A stretch of 64,000 bases of DNA, from positions 3,513,003 to 3,577,002 of the forward strand of contig MU058065.1 of NCBI GenBank assembly GCA_013265495.1, given 5' to 3'. Both the position numbers and the translations under genes were made by a program. The DNA is from Vicugna vicugna (taxonomy: Eukaryota). The notes under the pieces were generated by a model. The model was not told where the DNA came from and did not search any database. It saw only the letters and a program-made list of their open reading frames with translations. Below are positions 55,326 through 64,000 of the stretch, piece by piece (position 1 is the stretch's first letter; each line of letters begins with the position of its first letter).

Positions 55326-56839
55326 CACAGGTTTTGTGTAGCTACATAAGGAAGGGAGAGAAATTCTCATCCTCTTAGTAAGGTCTGCTCCAGGTTCATT
55401 GGCGACATTGCGTTACACTAACATGTAAGTCAGAGAATGCATTGTGAAGGGGTCTTGGTAAGAGAGTCAAAATTTTCAAAGTCGAATATGGATTGGGCTA
55501 AACTCTGAGAATTTTAATGACATTTAAAACAATACAATTTCCACTTAAAAGACCATGTATTATGTATTGATATGAATTTGCTTATGAGAACTATTCTGGA
55601 ATTTCAAATTGGGGGAAATATCTCTATTTAATGAATAAGAAAGCAAACTTTGCGAAGGCATATGTAGAAAGTGACTGAGCAACTTAAATGTATGAAAGTC
55701 TCCCTTTAGTATTAAGGCCAGACTAGAAATAGCCTGAAGAAATTACATTTCATCTAGTCACATACATATCCTGGCAATTTATTAACATTTAGATAACTGT
55801 CTTGCTCACACAGCTTGTAGTTTCCAAGTCATGGCTGAAATATTCTACATAGAAAAAATAACACAATTTCTTTCTGTCACACTATCTGAAAAAGGCCTTG
55901 TTTTTACTTGGTGTAATATTTAGCAAGATTAGATACTTGGTGTCTTGTATCTAACTTGTTCTGCTATCTTGGGTAAAGTTAAATATGTGAAATAGAAGAA
56001 CTTCAATGGAATGATTTAGGCTGTGCTATTAAAATGGGATTTAAGTTTTAAAACTGTTTTTGGTAAAAACTGAATGATTCAAATTCAGGACATTATTGAG
56101 AATCATGTTTTGTGTAAATAATAAAATTTAATTCTATTGAATGTTGTAAGAAATGGTGGTATTCCCATCTTTAGAAAGAGCTAGTATTTCCAACTGGTAG
56201 ATTAACCTTGAGTTGCTGACTTACTATATCTTAAAGCCCACATCCTTTTGGAGTTTACAGAGGCGGAAAAGTCAGGATTAACTTGCAAGATTGTGGCTTC
56301 ATATTGCTAAAAATGATCAGTTGGTTCAGATAATTTTCCAGTAGAGAAATCAGGCAAATAGTTTCCTCAGTGTCATTTGAAATGATGCCATTTGAAGGTT
56401 TTTCTAGTTAGTGGCAAACTTTGGATTGCTTTTGAATAAACAGTCTAGAAATAAAAGTAGTGATTTGCTGGCTTGTTAAAGAAAATTTTATTTTTGGTGG
56501 TAAAAACTGTCCTATTGAACTCTTAGATATTCTGAGTCTTTTTTTTTTTAATTATTGGCTGTTGATGGTTCATCTTTTTTTTTTTAATCAAAATAGTCTT
56601 TGAAATAGTTGATAATTATTCCCTAGAAAAATACAGGCATGAAAATACTTGCAACAATTTCCAAGTCATTTTTAAGGATTCACAGACCCTCTCGCCTCCC
56701 GGGGGCCCAGCCCCACTCAGAGCTCATTTGAATGGATGCTGCTGGGTGGCTCAAAAGAGCAGAATTTCCATTTTAAAGATGTAAAACGGTGGCAGGGAAG
56801 TCAGTGTTAGTTCAAAACTTAAAATTTACCCTGTTCTTC

Positions 56840-56940
56840 TCTTCAATCAACATGTATTTATTGAACACCTATTATGTTCCAGCAGTGGCTTCTGCAATGA
56901 ACCAGGCAGAGGAAGGGTCTTGAGCTTATATTCTAGGGGA
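56840..56940 (-). mobile_element. L2 3' end
   Basis: ttcaatcaacatgtatttattgaacacctattatgttccagca. Confidence 0.6.
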
Positions 56941-57496
56941 TACTAGTTGTTCAGGTGAAACATAGTTGTCTTGACCCTCAGAATTAACGCTAGCTGGTAC
57001 TTGTACATCAAAGCAGCGCCTTTTCTCCAGAAACCAGAGATGATTTTGATTAATTGATCTGACAGTGCATGGCACACCATATTTACTTGGGAGGATTTAA
57101 TAGCCCCAGAGACTCCCAAAGGAAACATGAAAATTTCCAATACTATTCTCCTAATGGGATCATCATAGGAGAAAATGCAAATAAATATTTAAGGTTCTCA
57201 TAGGCAGAGGAAGCTTTTGGCTAGCTCTTAAATGCTGTTGAGTTTTTCACCTGAATTCAGATTAGATGGAAAAGTCAGGGCAATGGAAGCTGGAAGCACA
57301 GAAGGAAAACATTTTATGGAAATTAATTTTCTTCTTAGGGGAATGAGTAATTTGTTTCTTGGAGAGTATATTATTTATAATTGAAAAAATATAAAGGTGG
57401 AAGTGTATTTTTTTTAGATCAATTGTGGCAGGAAATATTTTATATATTTGGGAATTTTGAGGGGGAAATGAGTAATTCATCTGGAATATTCTATAG

Positions 57497-57690
57497 AGAT
57501 GGTTCTTAAAGTGTCTGTCCAGGGTCAGTAAAATCAGCATCAATCACCAGGGAGGGTGTTAGAAATGCAAATTCTCAGAACCCACCCAAGACCTGTGGAA
57601 TCAGAAGTGGGGACAGCCACCCGGGTTTTAACAAGCATTTTCAGTGAGCATTTTCAGTGATTCTGATGCTCTAGACGTTTGAGAACCACT
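57497..57690. mobile_element. MER5A-like hAT-Charlie MITE
   Basis: Terminal inverted repeats tggttcttaaa ... tttgagaacca; internal gttagaaatgcaaattctcag; internal 13-bp tandem duplication agcattttcagtg at 57634-57659. Confidence 0.8.
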
Positions 57691-59668
57691 CCCCCACAAT
57701 TATGCACAAATTATTGCTCTTTTAATTTGGTTCACATTTATTCAAGGTATACACATGTAAGTTGTATTGGCTGCTTTTGAAGTTTATAATGCCATGCATG
57801 ACATATTTCTTAGCATGTTAATACTCCTGTAAAATATTCCTATACTTAAAGAAAGCCTATTTTACTTTCTTTAATATTAAAATATCCTAAAATAAGATTT
57901 ATATTAAATTAGACCATTTTATATTAAATTAGATAACATAATTGAAAAGCCAAGCATAATGGCTGACATAACAGTATACGCATTATATATTATAGTTTCC
58001 TTTTGCTGTTAATGCACAAATACTGGTTTTCTTTAATTTGTCATGTATACTACTAATGCACTCTCATGATTTCACAGTATTTGAATGTGAATAAAATGTA
58101 GAAGTATTAAAATATTAGAAAACTTAAATTATATTTATGGGCTATTTTGGATGTACACTGTTTGGAGCAGCTTATAACTGATACTGAAGTAGAAGGAAAT
58201 TTTATATTTCTGTAAGGCAGAGTTAGGCTTGAGTTCAAGAGAAAAGAGAATTAGCAGAGCAGGTAATACTGCATTTTAACATTGCTTCTAGTGGCCCCTG
58301 CATTTCCCCAGGTCCTACCTGCCTGAGGGTACAAATGAGTTACCTTGACATGGATGTTAATAATCTACAATTTTCTGGCGTTCTTTCCTCACTTGTAGAC
58401 AGCATACCTTGGCTTCTTCCCCAGAGGATTCCCCCAGTTATTTAGAGAGTTTTCTAAGAGCGTCTGGAGGTGGTCAGGAGCAAGGCTGCTCAGGCCCCCG
58501 TGTTATGCTGAGTCTGTGGCTGATAGCCCGCCGATGGCCCTCTGCTGCTGCTGCGAGGTCCAGGGCCTCTGCAAGAGGGCTGCTTTCCAACTGAGAGCCC
58601 TGTGTCTGGCTGCATCCTCAAACCGCAGAGTCCACTATTGGCCAATAAGTGCTCTGTTATAGTCACAACTCACAGACACCAAACTGCATCATTAAGTTTC
58701 TAGCTCCTCTTTCCCTTTTGCAGGCACTTCTGTACTAAATTTGGAAGGCTTCCTTCCCTGATGCTACATGCAAATGTAGGCAAATTTAAGCTTTGGTGGA
58801 GAGGGAGCTGCAGCCAGGCTGGCTTCAGGGACATGTGACCTGTGCAGTCGCCCAGGCCCTGTGCTTGCTTTTATGCTCTGTTGTTGCCATGTTGAAATTC
58901 GTAATAACTTTTGAACACAGTGCCTTTTCATTTTGCACTGAGTTCCTCAAATTAGGCAGCAGTCCTGGGCAGCTGCCCACCTGTTCAGCAGAGACCCGGA
59001 CTTGGAACTTCTCTTTAGAAACAGTTTACTCAACTATGCCTGCTTCTTCTTGAGTCTGTTCTTGAGATTTGCATTAACAGTATCTAAACTCTCCTTCATG
59101 CATTTCCTATTGTTTGGTAATGAGATAGTAGACGTAATGTGGATTTTCTTATAGGAGCTGTACAGTCTACAATTATATTCTAAGAATATATGCAAATACA
59201 TTACAGGAAGTATTATAAGAATCCTGCAATGGCTTAGTATTATTGCCTTTTTAGATACTAAGTCAGTTTTGTAATATTTATTTAAAAAATCATTTTTTAA
59301 CGGATTTCCTCCTGGTGTAAAAGTTGGTGAAAATTTATCAGGAACCAAACTAAATATGATTCATTCATTAGACAAAAAAAGTGTACCCATCAAATGCTAA
59401 GGACAAGGGCCAGAGGAAGGAGGTAAGGTTTGCCCCTGTTTTCTAAGAGCCCATAATGGGCTTAGAATGACAGACATGTTTGCAGAGAGCAAACACTTCT
59501 GCCTGGGGGGGCTTGGGGATGGGAGTCGAGGCAGAGATGAAATACCATTTAATAATGTTACAGTGCACGGAGGGGCTTGGGGTCCCTGGGAGGACTTTGG
59601 CAATGCACTTTAAATGAGGATTTGAGTCATTATAGTTTGGTCAGAGTTGTTTTTTTGATTCCAATTAA

Positions 59669-59974
<306 letters not shown>

Positions 59975-60595
59975 TAATTCAAACCAAGAAAGTAAATATA
60001 GTAGGGATGGTCCCTCATTAAGAATTAGAGCCCCCTCACATTATAAAATTCCTCCTTTCCCTCCAATTTCGTTCCTTTATATTTTGCCTTGTCATGATAA
60101 CCATATCATGGCCTCTTTTTTCTTTTTATTTGCATTTGTGTGGTCCAACTGCCCCCACCTCTACCAACCTCTTTTGTTTTAGATACGTCTGTGGCATATA
60201 GCAACATTTTACTTTGCTAGCCAGTCAGAACACCGTTCTCTTTCTCCTCTTAGTAGGTTGGTCAGTTGAATTAAATTTATTGACAGGAGAGCTGGCTTCT
60301 TATCCGTTATGTTGTTTGATACAAGTATTCTATATGTATAGATTTAAAAATGTGATCTATTTAATTAGCTTCCTCTGTATTCTTAGTATTTTGTGTGTGT
60401 GTGTGTTTATGAAAATGTACATTCTTATTTTAGACTTTGGTTATCATTACAAGGAGAATGTAATTATATTGGATATAACACAGAGAAGTGTGTCAATTCA
60501 CATTTTTCATTCATCATTTCAGGGATTCTTGTTATATAGCAGGCACTAAATGGACTTTGGGGGTGGTATACAGATTAAAGCAAACTTTTGATTGG

Positions 60596-60765
60596 TTACT
60601 TAGTGCCAGGCACTGTTCTAAGTGCTGTGCATGAATTAACCCATTTACTCATCATTAAAACCCTAGGTTGGTATGATTAACACCTCCAATTTACAGATGA
60701 GGAAACTGAGACTCAGACTATTCAAGTAACTACCCAAAGTCACATAGCTAGTAAGTGATTGAGGC
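60596..60765 (-). mobile_element. MIR
   Basis: gtgccaggcactgttctaagtgct...tttacagatgaggaaactgagactcaga...cccaaagtcacatagctagtaagtg. Confidence 0.8.
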
Positions 60766-60887
60766 AATTGGGTGCCACAAATTTCCCCTCTATATATAGC
60801 CTTTCAGTTATGAAGATATGCAAAGTGGTACAAGGTAAAAATCCCTTCCTTTAAGTCTAGAAGCATTTCAGGTAACTATATTATTTT

Positions 60888-61036
60888 ATTTTGTTTTATT
60901 TATTTATTTGTTTGTTTATTTAGAGGTGGAGGTAATTGGGTTTATTTATTTACTTTTGGGGGAGGTATCGGGGATTGAACCCAGGACTGTGCACATGCTA
61001 AGAATGTGCTCTACCACTTGAGTTATAGCCTCCCCC
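60888..61036 (-). mobile_element. tRNA-derived SINE, camelid Vic-1-like, with TSD
   Basis: Reverse strand GGGGGAGGCTATAACTCAAGTGGTAGAG...GGGTTCAATCCCC...(AAAT)n tail; TSD ttcaggtaact(a/g)tatt at 60867 and 61037. Confidence 0.88.
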
Positions 61037-62350
61037 TTCAGGTAACTGTATTATTTTAAAACATTGAAAATTATCTTTTCACTGTTACAAGTGCCCTGAA
61101 CCCTCTAAAGAAGGGTGCTTTGGTGTCCTATGTTTGTACTGAGTGGTAGAAAAATGAACTTTTCTCAAGGTAGAAAAATGCAGTTGGAGAGATTACACAT
61201 GCCTCAGGGTAAACTGGAACTCCTCACTGGTCCAGGAGAGAAGTTACCTTGTCTGGAAATGTCTGTTAGTCCCAGATACTGACTTCTGTAGGGTGAGGCT
61301 GGGAACTCAGCAGTGAACTAGTCAGCTGATATGGTCTCTAGACTGCTCAACACATTCTCATATGCATCTAATTACCCTTCCTGTCGCACACTATGTTGGA
61401 ATATTCTCTTCCAGTCTGCAGAGCCAAGGCAGAGGGATTGTTTTATTCAATTTGACTTTGTATCAGATCATCACAGTGCTAGGAAAGCCAAGGAGTGTGA
61501 AGATGAATTAAGGCAAGTTCCTCAAGGAGCTGGTGTCTAACTTGGGAAAGGATGAGACCTTCTTGGAGTAAACAAGAGTGACTCATGAAGAAGGGCGAGT
61601 CAAGATGGACTATTGAGTCCAGGCAGATATTCATTGCACAGGGAAGGTGGGAGAGTTAGTAATACGGAATAATAAGCAAAAGCACAGAGTTGTCAGATGA
61701 TCTTTCATTTTTGCTCAAGTCACATTGAGGAAACAGTGAACGGTTCAATTTGATTGGAGGACAGGGAGTGGTAGAGTGGCAGGAAGAAATACAATTGGAA
61801 ATCTAAATTTTAACATGTGATCTATTTAATTTCTTTCTTTGTATTTTGTGTGTGTGTGTGTTTGGTACTTATTTTAGACGTTGGTTATTATGAGGAGAAC
61901 GTGACTATATCAGATAGTGTGCACGGAAGTGTGCTGATTCATGTGATTCACTCCTTTTGGGAATACTTGTTATGTACCAGGCACTCTGTGGGCTTTAGGG
62001 ATGGTGCATAAATAATAGCAAAACCTCGAGTGGTTACATACATCCTGTGGAGAGCCTGGGTTTCAGGCGAGGCGGCTAAACTTATGCAAAGGGCAGTGGA
62101 GGCTGTGGGCATGAAATAGGTTAGTGGCAGTGGGATAGAAAGGAGAGAGATGCCATGAAAGGTATTCAGAGGTGGGATGGAGGCAGCTAATTGTGTGAGC
62201 TAGAGAAGGGTGAAAGGGTGAGTGCAGAGTCACAGGTATGCCAGGGTTTCTTGTGGATGTTTTATAGCTGGAACCATTCAATCCCTCTATTACATTGGAG
62301 TATAGTGCTCCTTCCCAGAAATGACCAGCACTAACCACAGGTCATTGTGC

Positions 62351-62377
62351 TATATATATATATATATATATATATAT
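62351..62377. repeat. (TA)13 microsatellite
   Basis: Perfect run. Confidence 0.9.
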
Positions 62378-63714
62378 GCAAATATATAGTTCTGTAAAAA
62401 TATACAGAGTGTACATATTATAATACTTATAACAATAATGCTACATAATGCTACAAATATAACATACATTGAATCTATTCGCCTTTATTGTAGTTCCATG
62501 ATCACCTGGTTTAAAAGTGAAGTGAGGTCCATTCATTCTTCCTTTCTTTCAGCGAACCTTTATTGAGTGCCTACTCTGTTCCAGGATTTGGTCTCTATGC
62601 TCCCTGGCTGGCCAAGCCCACATACTGTGTCTGTCCTTAAGACATAAACATTGGCTGTAAAGAAATCAAACAAAGAAAGTGGTGGAAAACTGAAAACAGT
62701 GTCTAGTGTTGCTCTATCTCATTGTTGCTTTGGCCAAAGACGAGGACTGGCGGCGGGGTGGGGGGTGGTGGTGGGCATAATTAATCTCAACTCCATGCAG
62801 CTTGTACAGTGCCCGGCACTTGCATCTGGTTCAGTGAATGTCAAAGGGGAATAAGAATGGCCCATTAACTTCCAGAGGACATGGGATCAAACCAATAAAC
62901 AGTGGTTCATATTTTTCTATACAGTGACCTCCTCTCTAAAGCAGGGCCCTCATTAACCTCACAGCTGTCCTAATGTGGCTTTAACCCGGTGACTCTTTAC
63001 ATTCCTTATGGCTTCATTAGTTCCCTTGAGACACATCACATCTTGCACCACAGCTATGATCTACAGCCAAACAAATTCCCTACAACACCCGGCATATGGA
63101 TCTTTTACTTAACCCAGCAGGAAAAAGAAGGGAGTAGTTAATCACTGATTAAAATGCCAGAACAAAATCCTTTAGTTTTTAGAAGGATCTGAGAAAGCAG
63201 TAGCTGAGTCAACTCAGTTTGAGTGATAGCCAGAGAGTGTGAGTTAGTTTAATTTGGGGCACCTGGGAAAACCCAACATGAAACCAAAAAAAAAAAAAAA
63301 AAAAAAAACGAAAAAACCAAAAAACCAAACATAGCTACATTTCTTTTTTTTCCCCTCTAAGGAAAAAATAAACTCTAAACACTTCTGGGTAGACTTGAGA
63401 CTACAGCTTTAATAGCTTAGGCCTTTGTTGGTATTGGATAAAAATTTGGACAGTAGCTACGTTACGTTTATCAGAGCTAAATCTGAGCACACAATCTAAG
63501 AACTATTGTACAGCAAAGGCTAATTTGCCTAATTCACCTCCTGAATAGCTGTTATTATGCAAATAATGGCAAGCACGAAAATTTTGTGGGGAAGAATGAC
63601 TTGCAAACATTTATGATGTGTAAAAGTTTTCGTAAATATTCCAAGAACTCCATGAAGCGGGCAAGCACTGTTGTGTTTTACCATCAAGGCAGTGGAAGAT
63701 AGGAAAGAGAGTTG

Positions 63715-63880
63715 CTTGTTGAAAAAACATTTAACTAGGAGTCAAAAGATGTGGATTTTGGTCTCAGCTTTGCCAAAGGTGTTTTGTTGAACAAGCCACT
63801 TAATTCTGTTGTAATCCTGCTGAGCTTCAGGTTTTTTTTTTTTTTAATTTTCATTTAAAATGTGGCATCTGGATCAGATG
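63715..63880 (+). mobile_element. MIR
   Basis: ggagtcaaaagatgtggattttggtctcagctttgcca...aacaagccacttaat...ctgagcttcag...catttaaaatg. Confidence 0.55.
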
Positions 63881-64000
63881 ATCTCAGATGGTCTCAGTCT
63901 GGGTCTGTGAACTACCAGGATAATCGTGGATGGACTTCAGGAGATCTGGGAAACTTGAGATGTGTAGACAAACATTGTGCCTTTGCCTCTGTGTGTGTGT

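Noticed and set aside
57898..57933. Tandem tttatattaaattaga duplication (similar ones at ~46401 and ~46535)
   Set aside because: Ordinary slippage duplications.

Overview
Mammalian genomic DNA containing the 5' half of PAX3 on the + strand. It holds the end of exon 2, exons 3 and 4 (paired domain, acidic linker, octapeptide), a 56.7-kb intron 4, exon 5 (first two-thirds of the homeodomain) and the start of intron 5. The source is probably a camelid, judging by two tRNA-derived Vic-1-like SINEs and young L1 3' ends. All exon boundaries are GT-AG and splice in frame. The Q+/Q- NAGNAG acceptor of exon 3 and a PAX3b-like terminal exon early in intron 4 are visible. The rest is non-coding: CpG islands, candidate Wnt/Sox/homeodomain enhancer clusters, old interspersed repeats (MIR, L2, L1M, MER5/MER58), microsatellites and one assembly gap. 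I found no foreign or novel multi-gene system. The most interesting unexplained structures are an inverted TCF-site palindrome, a locally templated inverted insertion between two L1 fossils, a SINE+L1-tail unit inside one target-site duplication, a diverged ~240-bp direct duplication in intron 5, and orphan CpG islands deep in intron 4. Repeat family names and human comparisons are from memory and were not database-checked.
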